A DNA stretch of 64,000 nucleotides from Candidatus Nanopelagicales bacterium (GTDB lineage Bacteria > Actinomycetota > Actinomycetes > S36-B12): the NCBI GenBank assembly GCA_044374195.1, contig JBILOY010000001.1, positions 949-64,948 on the forward strand. The letters run 5' to 3'. How positions within the stretch are numbered: position 1 is the stretch's first letter; the number at the start of each line of letters is the position of its first letter. The notes beneath the pieces were generated by a model that made no database searches, had not been told where the DNA came from, and saw only the letters and a list, made by a program, of their open reading frames with translations. Both the position numbers and the translations under genes were made by a program. This document shows positions 10,584-21,471 of the stretch, in pieces.

Positions 10584-12677
10584 CTATGCGTCAATGCGAT
10601 CGCGATCAAGGCCCGCGGCGCCATCGACGATGAACTCCTTGCGCGGCGCTACGTCATTGCCCATCAGCAGGTCGAAGACCTCCTCGGCGGCATGGGCATC
10701 AGTGACCGAAATGCGGCGCAGCGTTCGGTGCGCGGGATCCATGGTGGTCTCACGGAGCTGGGAGGCATCCATCTCACCGAGGCCCTTGTAACGCTGCACG
10801 GGATCCTTGACTCTCTTTCCACGCTTGTCGGCGTCGATCAGCAGGGACTTCATCTCGGCGTCGGAGTAGGTGTAGATCACCTCGTTGGCCTTGCTGCCGG
10901 CGTTGATGATCTCCAGGCGGTGCAGCGGCGGCACGGCTGCGAAGACTCGACCCGCGTCAAGCAGCGGACGCATATAGCGGTGGATCAAGGTGAGCAGCAG
11001 GCAGCGGATATGGGCGCCATCGACGTCGGCATCGGACATCAGAATGACCTTGCCGTATCGCGCCTGGTCGAGTTCGAATGAACGCCCTGACCCCGCGCCG
11101 ATCACCTGGATGATCGATGCGCACTCATTGTTCTTGAGCATGTCCGCCAGCGACGACTTCTGGACGTTGAGGATCTTGCCGCGGATCGGCAGCAGCGCCT
11201 GGTAGTCAGCGTTGCGGGCCACCTTGGCCGTGCCCAGGGCGCTGTCGCCCTCCACGATGAACAGTTCAGTGCGCTCGACATCATCTGCGCGGCAGTCCAC
11301 CAGCTTCGCCGGCAAGGCCGACGACTCGAGCGCAGTCTTTCGACGCTGGGTATCGCGGTGGGTGCGGGCGGCGATGCGAGCACGCATGGCATTGGCGGAC
11401 TTATCGAGCACAGCCTTGGCGGCCGCTTTCTCTCCACGCGGCGGATTTGCGAACCACGCGGCGAGCTCCTTGGCCACGATGTTGCCGACTATTCGCGTTG
11501 CGGCTGGCGTGCCGAGGATTTCCTTGGTCTGACCCTCGAACTGCGGTTCGGCCAAGCGGATAGCCACGACGGCCGTGAGGCCTTCGGTGACGTCGTCCTT
11601 GGTGATGTTGTCCTCGGTAGCCCGAAGGATCTTGGCCGCACGCAATTGGTCGTTGAATACCTTGACGATGCTGCGTTCGAAGCCCATGACGTGCGTGCCG
11701 CCCTTGGGCGTGGCCACGACATTGACGAAGGAGCGAAGGTTGCTGTCGTAGCCGGTATCCCAGCGCAGGGCGATATCAACGCCGAGATCTCGCTGAACCT
11801 CCTGCGAGTGCATGTGGCCCTTGTCGTCGAGCACGGGCACCGTCTCGGCAAAGTGGCCCGAGCCCTGAAGTCGAATGACCGAGCACACTGGCTCACCGGT
11901 GGAGATCGATTCGACGTACTCGCCGATGCCCCCCTTGTGCTGGAAGGTCTCCTCCAGGACATCGGATGCATCGCGAAAGTCACGCACGGTGATCTTGAGA
12001 CCAGGCACGAGAAAGGTGCTCTGGATGGCACGGTCACGCAGTTGCTCGCGGTCGTAGGCGGCGTCCTTGGTGAAGGTCTGCTTATCGGCCCACCAGCGCA
12101 CGCGCGTGCCCGTGCGAGTGCGCGGGCACTTGCCGCCGATCTGGAGGCCGCTCTTCTTGGCGAAATCCGCGTCGGGGCCTTCGGCATCGAAGATGCCGGG
12201 CACTCCGCGCTTGAACGACATCAGGTGAATCTTGCCGCCGCGATCGACCTCGACGTCGAGGCGAGCGGAGAGGGCGTTGACCACCGAGGCACCTACGCCA
12301 TGTAATCCACCCGAGGCGGCGTACGAGCCTCCGCCGAACTTGCCGCCGGCGTGGAGCTTGGTGAGCACGACCTCGACGCCGGTGAGCTTGGTCTTGGGCT
12401 CAATGTCGACGGGGATGCCGCGACCGTCATCTGCGACCTCTGCGGAGCCATCGGGATGCAAGGTGATGATGATCGAGGAGCAATGGCCACCTAGAGCCTC
12501 ATCGACTGCGTTGTCGACGATCTCCCAGAGGCAGTGCATGAGGCCACGGCCGTCATTGGAGCCGATGTACATGCCTGGCCGCTTGCGTACGGCCTCTAAA
12601 CCCTCGAGGACGGCCAGGTTCTTGGCCGAATAGCCCGCAGGCTCCTGGGGAGCTCGGGTCTTGGGAGTGGCAGCCAT
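10584..12677 (-). CDS. parE: DNA topoisomerase IV subunit B
   Basis: LEGLEAVRKRPGMYIGS..GLMHCLWEIVDNAVDEA, the GHKL ATPase and the Toprim motif (EGDSA) are present. Confidence 0.9.
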   Translation of the reverse strand: MAATPKTRAPQEPAGYSAKNLAVLEGLEAVRKRPGMYIGSNDGRGLMHCLWEIVDNAVDEALGGHCSSIIITLHPDGSAEVADDGRGIPVDIEPKTKLTGVEVVLTKLHAGGKFGGGSYAASGGLHGVGASVVNALSARLDVEVDRGGKIHLMSFKRGVPGIFDAEGPDADFAKKSGLQIGGKCPRTRTGTRVRWWADKQTFTKDAAYDREQLRDRAIQSTFLVPGLKITVRDFRDASDVLEETFQHKGGIGEYVESISTGEPVCSVIRLQGSGHFAETVPVLDDKGHMHSQEVQRDLGVDIALRWDTGYDSNLRSFVNVVATPKGGTHVMGFERSIVKVFNDQLRAAKILRATEDNITKDDVTEGLTAVVAIRLAEPQFEGQTKEILGTPAATRIVGNIVAKELAAWFANPPRGEKAAAKAVLDKSANAMRARIAARTHRDTQRRKTALESSALPAKLVDCRADDVERTELFIVEGDSALGTAKVARNADYQALLPIRGKILNVQKSSLADMLKNNECASIIQVIGAGSGRSFELDQARYGKVILMSDADVDGAHIRCLLLTLIHRYMRPLLDAGRVFAAVPPLHRLEIINAGSKANEVIYTYSDAEMKSLLIDADKRGKRVKDPVQRYKGLGEMDASQLRETTMDPAHRTLRRISVTDAHAAEEVFDLLMGNDVAPRKEFIVDGAAGLDRDRIDA

Positions 12678-12869
12678 GATGCGAACCTATTGCGCGAGGG
12701 CCGAAGATCGGCTGACCGACATGGCGGTCCACCATCGAGGTGAACGATTTCACAAAGGAACGAGCGCCCTGCGCTGTGGGCGAACGCGGTCGGCGTGGCG
12801 ACTCGGGAATAGGCGCACCATGGGAGACTGTTACTCCAGTTAAGAACTGGCCGATTACGGAGGTAGAGC

Positions 12870-13088
12870 ATGACCACGACATTCGCTACTCCTGTCCTGA
12901 GCGCTACCGATCGCTGCGATCGCTGCGGCGCACAGGCTTATGTGCGCGTCGTGCTCACCGGCGGTTCTGATCTCATGTTCTGCAGCCATCACTGGAATGC
13001 GCACGAAGAGAAGCTGCGCCCGCAGGCGGCCGAGGTTCTCGATGAGACCCACAAGTTGACTGCCGTCGCCCCGGTCGACGAGCGCTAG
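12870..13088 (+). CDS. conserved actinobacterial small CxxC protein (DUF7455-like)
   Basis: A 72-aa protein with ATDRCDRCGAQAYVRVVL..LMFCSHHW, and a GGAGG Shine-Dalgarno sequence upstream (12858-12862). Confidence 0.6.
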   Translation: MTTTFATPVLSATDRCDRCGAQAYVRVVLTGGSDLMFCSHHWNAHEEKLRPQAAEVLDETHKLTAVAPVDER

Positions 13089-13095
13089 CCACTTC

Positions 13096-13875
13096 TTGCC
13101 TACGTACGACTTTCTGTCAGTTTCATCTGACGGCCTCATCACGCATATCGATCTTGCCAACCCAGAGCGGCGCAATGCCCTCAATGACGCACTGCTCAAT
13201 GAACTCATCGAGGCACTGACTGACGCAGCCCGGGTCTCGCGAGTTGTGATCCTCGGAGCTCGCACTTCATCGGGGGTCTGGTGCGCCGGCTTTGACATCA
13301 CCTCACTCCCGACTGACGGATCAATGCCCGATCCGGCCTCCAGCCCCTTCGATCGAGCCCTCTCGACGGTGCGAGAACTCCCCATCCCCGTGATTGCCGT
13401 CGTCGATGGAGGAGCCTGGGGTGGCGGTTGCAATCTGGCCCTGGCCTGCGACCTGGTCGTGGCGACAAGTGAAGCCTCATTCGCCATCACTCCCGCGAAA
13501 CTTGGAGTGGCTTACGACTCGGCTGGCATCGCCGACTTCTTGGCAGCTCTGCCGGTCAACATCGCCCGCGAGATGTTCTTCACGGGTGAGTCAGTCACAG
13601 CTGCCCGACTCGAGCGCCTAGGCGTTGTCAACGCGCTCTGCGACTCCCCCGAAGCCGCCAGCGAAACAGCTCACGCCATGGCGCGCACCATAGCTTCGCG
13701 TGCGCCACTGTCCCTGAGGTCAATCAAGGCCGAGATTGCGGCTCAGACCTCACCCGGTGAATCGGATACTGACGCATTGCTTCGGATGCGCAAGCAGGCC
13801 TGGGCCAGCGACGACTTCCGTGAAGGTCGAGCCGCGTTCGTCGGTCGTCGCCCAGCGAACTTCCGGGGCGAGTGA
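13096..13875 (+). CDS. enoyl-CoA hydratase/isomerase (crotonase) family protein
   Basis: ITHIDLANPERRNALNDALLNELIEAL...VIAVVDGGAWGGGCNLALACD is the crotonase fold signature. The start codon is TTG. Confidence 0.85.
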   Translation: MPTYDFLSVSSDGLITHIDLANPERRNALNDALLNELIEALTDAARVSRVVILGARTSSGVWCAGFDITSLPTDGSMPDPASSPFDRALSTVRELPIPVIAVVDGGAWGGGCNLALACDLVVATSEASFAITPAKLGVAYDSAGIADFLAALPVNIAREMFFTGESVTAARLERLGVVNALCDSPEAASETAHAMARTIASRAPLSLRSIKAEIAAQTSPGESDTDALLRMRKQAWASDDFREGRAAFVGRRPANFRGE

Positions 13876-13879
13876 CCTT

Positions 13880-15382
<1,503 letters not shown>

Positions 15383-15419
15383 TCTCGCCAGCCCTTTCGC
15401 TAAACGGCCACGAAGGAAG

Positions 15420-15448
15420 CCCGTGTCAAGACTTATGTCTTGGACGGG
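15420..15448 (-). terminator. imperfect hairpin downstream of the secreted-protein gene
   Basis: The sequence cccgtgtcaagac-ttat-gtcttggacggg lies 32 nt after the stop at 15481. It has no U-tract. Confidence 0.4.
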
Positions 15449-15480
15449 CCGTGGAATTCACCCATTGTGCCATGGGACCT

Positions 15481-16269
15481 TCAGGGGACCAACACGGCCC
15501 GACCCTCGCCCACCGGCACCTGCACCGCGGCAGACTGCCAGATGCCACCGCCCACCGGGAATGGACCAAGTCCGTCCGTCTCGAACGTGCCTGACCATTG
15601 GGCTCTCACGACGGCAACCAGAACGCCCGCCCGGCGGTAGGGGTGCCTAATCGTGCCTGTGGGGTAGGCCGAGCCGGGCTGGTCAGACCGAACAACGGCC
15701 CCGTCACCGAAATCCCAGGACCAGCTCACCGAGGGGCGAAGCACCACTGACCGACCGAGGATCTGATGGCTGCTGGGTGCCAGGCCGGCTGGGTGCCCGC
15801 TGATGAAATTGACCGGGATCTGGGTCACGACACCTCGAGCGGGCTGGATCCGAGGCTCCAGAGCCGGCACGAGCCGTTCGAACTGGCGACGAACCTCGGT
15901 CCTGATGTCAGCAACAGTGACAGGGCCCGAGGGCGGAATGCAGACCAGACCCCTATCCGACCAGGTGGCACCACCGTCGGTCGATAACCGCAGCCGCAGC
16001 AGGTAGGCCATCTGGGCGCAGCCGCGAGTGACAGCCAGGCAGGGGCCACCGTCGGCGGAACAGGGGTCACTGAGTGCCCAACGACATCCCGCGCACTCGG
16101 CAGCCTCCCGGCGGCTGCCGACGTCGCTGCCCGCGGGCAGTACTAGCCCGCCTGTCCCTGTGTACCGATCACCGCCAGCGCCTACCTCGACCGCCGAGGC
16201 AGGTGGTGTCAGACATAGGACGACGCACGAGGTGAGAACCGTGGCAAGCAGTCGTAGGGGAAATCGCAT
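15481..16269 (-). CDS. secreted hypothetical protein with Cys-rich N-domain and PKD-like C-terminal segment
   Basis: It has a Sec signal peptide (MRFPLRLLATVLTSCVVLCLTPPASA-VE), six Cys within about 40 aa, and a SWSWDFGDG motif typical of PKD-type beta-sandwich domains. Confidence 0.6.
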   Translation of the reverse strand: MRFPLRLLATVLTSCVVLCLTPPASAVEVGAGGDRYTGTGGLVLPAGSDVGSRREAAECAGCRWALSDPCSADGGPCLAVTRGCAQMAYLLRLRLSTDGGATWSDRGLVCIPPSGPVTVADIRTEVRRQFERLVPALEPRIQPARGVVTQIPVNFISGHPAGLAPSSHQILGRSVVLRPSVSWSWDFGDGAVVRSDQPGSAYPTGTIRHPYRRAGVLVAVVRAQWSGTFETDGLGPFPVGGGIWQSAAVQVPVGEGRAVLVP

Positions 16270-16326
16270 AGCTCGACCGTAAGCACGTCGCAGGGCGACA
16301 GGAAGGGCTGAATTGCAGGCTGTGGA

Positions 16327-17493
16327 TTACTCCGGAATGCGCGCGAGTGAATGAGCCACGAAACCAGCTACCTGATCGTCCTCGACGAGGAAGCCATCGT
16401 GGCCAAAGAGCGACGTCACAACGTGCAGACCATCGGTGCCCGGGGTGAGCTCGACGATCTCCTCCTGCAGTCGCTTCGGGAAGAGCCGGTCGGAGTCGAT
16501 GGCCACCACAGTCAGCGGAGCTTTGATGGCACTCAGGGCCTGCGGCACGCCGCCTCGTCCACGTCCGAGATCAAAAAGGCTCATCGCGTCGGTGAGTGCG
16601 ATGTAGGTGTTCGCGTCGAATCGGCGGGCCAACTTGTCGGCATGATGATCGAGATACGAGGACACCTCGAACCGGCCACCGGAGTAGGGATCCTCACCGG
16701 GCTGCGCATTGCGTCCGAAGCGCTCCGCCAACTCAATCTCGCTGCGATAGGTCAGGTGCGCAATCCGCCTGGCGATGCCCATGCCTACGTGCGGGCCCTC
16801 TCCGTCAGCGGCGTCATAGAAATCTCCGCCATTGAATCGAGGGTCGGAGCGAATAGCCGACAGTTGCACCTCATGGGTGCCGATCTCGTCAGCGGTCACT
16901 GCGGCCGTCGTTCCAAGAACCAGCCCGCTGCGCACGCGTTCTGGGTATCGGACCAGCCACTCCAGAACGCGCATTCCGCCGAGTGAAGGGCCGAGCATGA
17001 TCGCCCACGTGTCGATGCCGAGTGCATCGGTGAGTCGATGCTCGATGCGCACCATGTCGGAGACCGTGACAACAGGGAATCGACTCCCCCACGGCCTGCC
17101 ATCCGGCGCCAGGCTTGCCGGCCCGGTCGTGCCCTGACAGCCGCCAATGACATTCGCGCAGACGACGAACCACTGATCGGTGTCGATCGCCTTACCCGAG
17201 CCCACGAGGCCGTCCCACCAGCCGGCTGTCTTGTGACCGGGGCCAGCCGGGCCGCACACATGCGAATCACCGGTCAAAGCGTGCGCGACGTACACCGCAT
17301 TGCTTCCATCGGCATCTAAAGTGCCCCAGGTCTCGTACGCAATGCGCACTGACGGGAACTCAAAGCCGGAGTCAGTGGTGAATGCGCCGGTGTCGAGGAA
17401 CAGCCTGCTACCCGGCGGATCCCCCTCTCGCCAGGCGGCGCTGGCGGGAGGGAGACCGTCGTAGGTCAGTGGACCGTACTCGTGGCCGGACAT
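16327..17493 (-). CDS. metX: homoserine O-acetyltransferase
   Basis: FEFPSVRIAYETWGTL..NAVYVAHALTGDSHV...GPSLGGMRVLEW is the MetX alpha/beta hydrolase signature. I moved the start to ATG 17491-17493. Confidence 0.9.
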   Translation of the reverse strand: MSGHEYGPLTYDGLPPASAAWREGDPPGSRLFLDTGAFTTDSGFEFPSVRIAYETWGTLDADGSNAVYVAHALTGDSHVCGPAGPGHKTAGWWDGLVGSGKAIDTDQWFVVCANVIGGCQGTTGPASLAPDGRPWGSRFPVVTVSDMVRIEHRLTDALGIDTWAIMLGPSLGGMRVLEWLVRYPERVRSGLVLGTTAAVTADEIGTHEVQLSAIRSDPRFNGGDFYDAADGEGPHVGMGIARRIAHLTYRSEIELAERFGRNAQPGEDPYSGGRFEVSSYLDHHADKLARRFDANTYIALTDAMSLFDLGRGRGGVPQALSAIKAPLTVVAIDSDRLFPKRLQEEIVELTPGTDGLHVVTSLFGHDGFLVEDDQVAGFVAHSLARIPE

Positions 17494-17503
17494 GTTGAAA
17501 GAA

Positions 17504-18817
17504 CTACGCCTTCGCCGCGGCGAAGCCGAGCTCGATGTCGGCGAGGATGTCGTTGATGTCCTCGATGCCGACAGCCAGTCGCACGAGGCCAGGGGTGACA
17601 CCGGCGGTGACCTGCTCCTCCGGGGTCAGCTGCGAGTGAGTGGTTGAGGCCGGATGAATGACCAGACTGCGCACGTCACCGATGTTCGCGACGTGGCTGT
17701 GCAGCTGCAGGCCTTCGACGAACTTCTGACCCGCCTCGAGTCCGCCGACGATCTCGAAGCTGAGCACGCCGCCGGTGCCCTTGGGTGCGTACTTCTTCGC
17801 CCGGTTGTGCCAGGGGCTTGACGCCAGTCCGGCGTAGTTGACCGACACGACCTGCGGGTGTGCCTCGAGGAACTTCGCCACTGCGAGAGCGTTCTCAGTA
17901 TGACGCTGCACGCGCAGGGAAAGAGTCTCGATGCCCTGTGCGATGAGGAACGCGTTGAACGGTGACGCAGCCGCACCAAGATCGCGAAGCAGCTGAACGC
18001 GGGACTTCAGGATGAATGAGAGATTCACGCCGAATGCGCCACCTACGCCAAGGTCTCGCGCGTAGACGAGGCCGTGGTAGCTCGGATCAGGCTGGTTGTA
18101 GTTCGGGAAGCGATCGGGGTACTGCGCGTAATCGAAGGTTCCACCGTCGACGATGACGCCGGCGATCGCAGTGCCGTGACCACCGAGGTACTTGGTTGCG
18201 GAGTGCACGACGATGTCGGCGCCGAACTCGAGGGGCTTCATCAGGTACGGGGTAGCGACCGTGTTGTCGATAATCAGCGGAACACCGAACTCGTGGGCGA
18301 CCGTGGCCACACCTTCGATATCGAGAATGTCGTTCTTCGGGTTCGAGATCGACTCTCCGAAGAAGGCCTTCGTGTTCGGCCGAATGGCAGCACGCCACGA
18401 GTCGAGATCATCGGGGTTCTCCACGAACGAGACCTCGATGCCGAGCTTCGGCAGCGTGTAGTGGAACAGGTTGTAGGTGCCGCCATAGAGCGAGGGGCTC
18501 GAGACGATGTGATCGCCGGATTCTGCGATGTTCAAGATCGCCAGGGTCTCGGCCGCTTGGCCGGAGGCCACGAGCAGAGCCGCGAGACCACCTTCGAGTG
18601 CTGCGACGCGATCCTCGACAGCGGCCTGGGTCGGGTTCATGATGCGGGTGTAGATATTGCCCAGTTCCTTCAGCGCGAACAGGTTCGCCGCATGTGCCGT
18701 GTCGTTGAAGACGTATGAGGTAGTCATGTAGATCGGCAATGCACGGGCGTTGGTAGTCGCGTCGGGTGCTTGGCCGGCGTGGATCTGGAGAGTGTCGAAA
18801 GACCAGGTGTTGCTCAT
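17504..18817 (-). CDS. metY: O-acetylhomoserine aminocarboxypropyltransferase / sulfhydrylase (PLP-dependent)
   Basis: FDTLQIHAGQ..D..TNARALPIYMTTSYVF...VHSATKYLGGHG is the Cys/Met-metabolism PLP family signature. Confidence 0.9.
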   Translation of the reverse strand: MSNTWSFDTLQIHAGQAPDATTNARALPIYMTTSYVFNDTAHAANLFALKELGNIYTRIMNPTQAAVEDRVAALEGGLAALLVASGQAAETLAILNIAESGDHIVSSPSLYGGTYNLFHYTLPKLGIEVSFVENPDDLDSWRAAIRPNTKAFFGESISNPKNDILDIEGVATVAHEFGVPLIIDNTVATPYLMKPLEFGADIVVHSATKYLGGHGTAIAGVIVDGGTFDYAQYPDRFPNYNQPDPSYHGLVYARDLGVGGAFGVNLSFILKSRVQLLRDLGAAASPFNAFLIAQGIETLSLRVQRHTENALAVAKFLEAHPQVVSVNYAGLASSPWHNRAKKYAPKGTGGVLSFEIVGGLEAGQKFVEGLQLHSHVANIGDVRSLVIHPASTTHSQLTPEEQVTAGVTPGLVRLAVGIEDINDILADIELGFAAAKA

Positions 18818-18894
18818 GAGAACTCCTACTGATTCGGGTACGCGACATGCGTACGTCGTTGACTATGCCTTCAGTTGGGCCTTGGCTTTCGCCA

Positions 18895-19000
18895 GACCCG
18901 CGCTTGCCCCCGAAGGGGCCAGGTCTTCTCTCGGAGCACCCCACCGCGGTGGAGGGTTGCCGTCCAGCTAGCCGAGACTTAACGCTGGTACTCGTGACCT
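18895..19000 (-). promoter_or_regulatory. SAM-IV riboswitch in the metY-metX leader
   Basis: The minus strand reads AGGUCACGAGUACCAGCGUUAAGUCUCGGCUAGCUGGACGGCAACCCUCCACCGCGGUGGGGUGCUCCGAGAGAAGACCUGGCCCCUUCGGGGGCAAGCGCGGGUC. This matches the SAM-IV core (GGCAACCCUCC..GCGGUGGGGUGC and the 3' GGCAAGCGCGGGUC) as I recall it from mycobacterial examples. Confidence 0.75.
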
Positions 19001-19043
19001 GCGGAAAAAGTAGCACAGGGCGAACGGGAGCACACCCTCGAGT

Positions 19044-20120
19044 TCAGCTGACGTCAAGCACCGACGGGCGAACCTGAGCTCCGCGGCACGCCTCGCGGGT
19101 GAGGCCGCGCATCATGTCCCGCCAGCTCGAAGGCGGCAGGCCTGCGTGAATTGACCGACCCAGCAGTTCAGCCAGCGAGTAGTCGCGATCTTCGGCCCAT
19201 ACGCGCTCCAACGCCGCCACCGCCCGAACCCCATCGCCGATCAGCCAACCCAGTAGGCCGGTCACCGTTCCGATGGGGGCGATCATCCCTGCAGGAGCGC
19301 CGCGCAGCAATGCAGCTGCTGACTCAAACGCTTGGTGTGGGTCATGGCGACCGGAGTGTGCGATCTCCCACAGCACGGTGTCGCGCACCCGCACATCGCA
19401 CAGCGCGATCAAGATCTCGGCTTCACGATCTGTGCCGGTCCCTGCACTTTGTGTCAGCGAGTCGAGCACGAGAGCGATGGACTCATCGCGCCAGATATCC
19501 CACTCCAGACGTTGGTTGCCGGACTGAGCGCACCTGTCGGCTCGCGCACGGACTGCCTCTCGAACCCGGATGCGATTCTTCGCCTGCCTACCGAGGTCGG
19601 GGGCGCAGACCGCGATGACCGCCTCGCGATCAGGGAGGCGGGCGACCCCGGCGAGGGTGAATCGGGCAGCCACCCCCTCGGCGATCCCCGGATCGATCGG
19701 GGTGCCCGCGGCCGAGCAGCATTCCGGCTCCTCGCAGAGATAGCTCCACCATTTGTCTTCAGCAAGGAGCAATGCATCACGCACGTGGCAGTCGGTTTCG
19801 CCGAGTTGTTCCAGCAAAGCCGCCATCAGCGCACTCGAGTGCAACTCACCATCGCGATCACGCGGGGGGTCACCGACTGCTGGAACGACACAGAGGATCA
19901 CCTCCGCGCTGAACGATCGATGTGCCATGACTGCATCTGCCCAGTCATCAAGCAGTGCCTCGGTGGGCGGCAGATCCATCCGCATCGTGAGTCGAACCCG
20001 ACCATCGTGCAACCACATCACGACGAGACTGTCGTGCGGAGTGAATCCGATGATGTACGGAATGCTCGCGGCAATTGAGTCCGGCCCGGCAAGAACAAGA
20101 TCAGGAAGGTCCATCCGCAC
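19044..20120 (-). CDS. DUF4192 domain protein
   Basis: The N-terminus (PDSIAASIPYIIGFTPHDSLVVMWL.DGRVRLTMRMDLP) is typical of DUF4192. It also has a central CEEPECC motif. Confidence 0.7.
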   Translation of the reverse strand: MRMDLPDLVLAGPDSIAASIPYIIGFTPHDSLVVMWLHDGRVRLTMRMDLPPTEALLDDWADAVMAHRSFSAEVILCVVPAVGDPPRDRDGELHSSALMAALLEQLGETDCHVRDALLLAEDKWWSYLCEEPECCSAAGTPIDPGIAEGVAARFTLAGVARLPDREAVIAVCAPDLGRQAKNRIRVREAVRARADRCAQSGNQRLEWDIWRDESIALVLDSLTQSAGTGTDREAEILIALCDVRVRDTVLWEIAHSGRHDPHQAFESAAALLRGAPAGMIAPIGTVTGLLGWLIGDGVRAVAALERVWAEDRDYSLAELLGRSIHAGLPPSSWRDMMRGLTREACRGAQVRPSVLDVS

Positions 20121-20302
20121 ACTGTGCGGGCCAATCGAGCATTCGCGATTGAGCGCAGTTCATCTGTGGGCGGCTAGTCACCACTGTGGAAAAAAGGGAT
20201 CGGCCGTCGAAGGCTTCCCCTCCTGCGACGACCGATCTGACAGAACCTTAAGCGTACCCCGCCAGTGCCTCGACACCGACACGCCGAAACCCAAAACGTG
20301 GA

Positions 20303-21394
20303 TTATTTGGTTGTAGCGAACCGCTCCCCGGCCTTTCGGTACCAGCCGATTAGGCAGCCGATGCCGACGATGATCTGCGGAACGTAGGAACTGGCTCGCC
20401 AGACGAGATCGGCCGCGGTGGCATCACCTTTCGAGGCGCCGAGACTGACCAAGATGGTGATCATCAGCGCATCGACAGTGCCCAGGCCGCCCGGGGTGAT
20501 CGGCACCATCAGCATGATCTGACTGATGCCGAAGGCCGCGAAGGCCGCGATCAGCGAGGTTCCCGGCTCATCCCAGCCCTGAACACCTCGCAGAGCTACG
20601 TACAGGATCAGGAACTGAGTGAGCGAGACCGCGATCTGAGCACCGGTAATCGCCGCCCAGCGAGCCTTGAGCAGGCCATACATGTCAGTACGGAACTTGG
20701 TCAGCGGCGGAACAAGGTCAATAGTGGCCAGGGCCTTGATCTTGCCGCGCAGTGGGTTAATCAGCTTGTTGCCGAGACGCCCCAAGGAACTGGCCAGGCG
20801 TTCGGACCGCATGACCATCACGAAGAGCACGATGGACACGATCAAGATGGCCAGGCCAAGCAGGCCGATCGTGGTGTACGAGTTTTCGCCGCCGGCCAAG
20901 GTCAAGGCGACAACACCCAGGATCGGGAAACCAAGGCTGATAAAAGTGCTCCAGATGCCCACCGCGGTGATCGCCGCGGTACTCGCTGTGGGCGTTACGC
21001 CAAAGCTCGTGAGCATGCCGTACTGCACGGCAAGCCCCACCGCGCCGCCGGCCGGAACGCCATTACTAATAGCGAACGCCGCCTGGTTCACCTGTTCCGA
21101 GCGCCAGAACTTAAGGCCCGGGGTCGCCGCCTTGAACGGGAATCCGTAGGCGAGCAAATAGAGCAGCACGGTGACGACCACGAGGATCATCGCGGCCGCG
21201 CCCATCGACTGCAGGGAGTTCCAGGCGTCCTGGTAACTGCCGATCTGGGGAATGACCTTCCAGAAGATCAGGACGATAAAGGCGATGCCCACAATTCCCA
21301 GAATGATCGACTTCTTGGGGTCGAGCTTGCTCGCGGCTCCACCCCCCGAATCGGGATTCTGACTGGCATCACTTGCTGCGGGCTGATCGGTCAT
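20303..21394 (-). CDS. flippase-like / lysylphosphatidylglycerol-synthase TM-region family membrane protein (UPF0104)
   Basis: A polytopic membrane protein with a hydrophilic N-terminus. The family assignment is by resemblance only. I moved the start to ATG 21392-21394. Confidence 0.6.
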   Translation of the reverse strand: MTDQPAASDASQNPDSGGGAASKLDPKKSIILGIVGIAFIVLIFWKVIPQIGSYQDAWNSLQSMGAAAMILVVVTVLLYLLAYGFPFKAATPGLKFWRSEQVNQAAFAISNGVPAGGAVGLAVQYGMLTSFGVTPTASTAAITAVGIWSTFISLGFPILGVVALTLAGGENSYTTIGLLGLAILIVSIVLFVMVMRSERLASSLGRLGNKLINPLRGKIKALATIDLVPPLTKFRTDMYGLLKARWAAITGAQIAVSLTQFLILYVALRGVQGWDEPGTSLIAAFAAFGISQIMLMVPITPGGLGTVDALMITILVSLGASKGDATAADLVWRASSYVPQIIVGIGCLIGWYRKAGERFATTK

Positions 21395-21471
21395 GTGTGG
21401 AGCCTGCCACAAATTCCCGAATTCGGGGGGTCCCTGCAAGGCCCAAAACACGGGCGCGGCAGTATTCCCCT

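Noticed and set aside
11536-11551. A LexA-box-like sequence, TCGAACTGCGGTTCGG, inside parE.
   Set aside because: It lies deep inside a coding region on the antisense strand and has one mismatch. It is most likely a chance occurrence, because the half-site composition is common in GC-rich coding DNA.
11358-12305. A 315-aa ORF antisense to parE. The same applies to 31631..32680 antisense to nrdJ, 57066..57647 antisense to rnj, and 25434..26171 antisense to ppdK.
   Set aside because: All lie opposite strongly conserved genes and show the typical antisense-frame amino-acid bias, with no independent support.
20121-20302. A 180-bp spacer checked for a tRNA or small RNA gene.
   Set aside because: No cloverleaf-compatible arms or conserved T-loop/D-loop sequences are present. 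The GATCGGCCGTCG...CGACGACCGATC inverted repeat is best explained as the terminator of the upstream membrane-protein gene.
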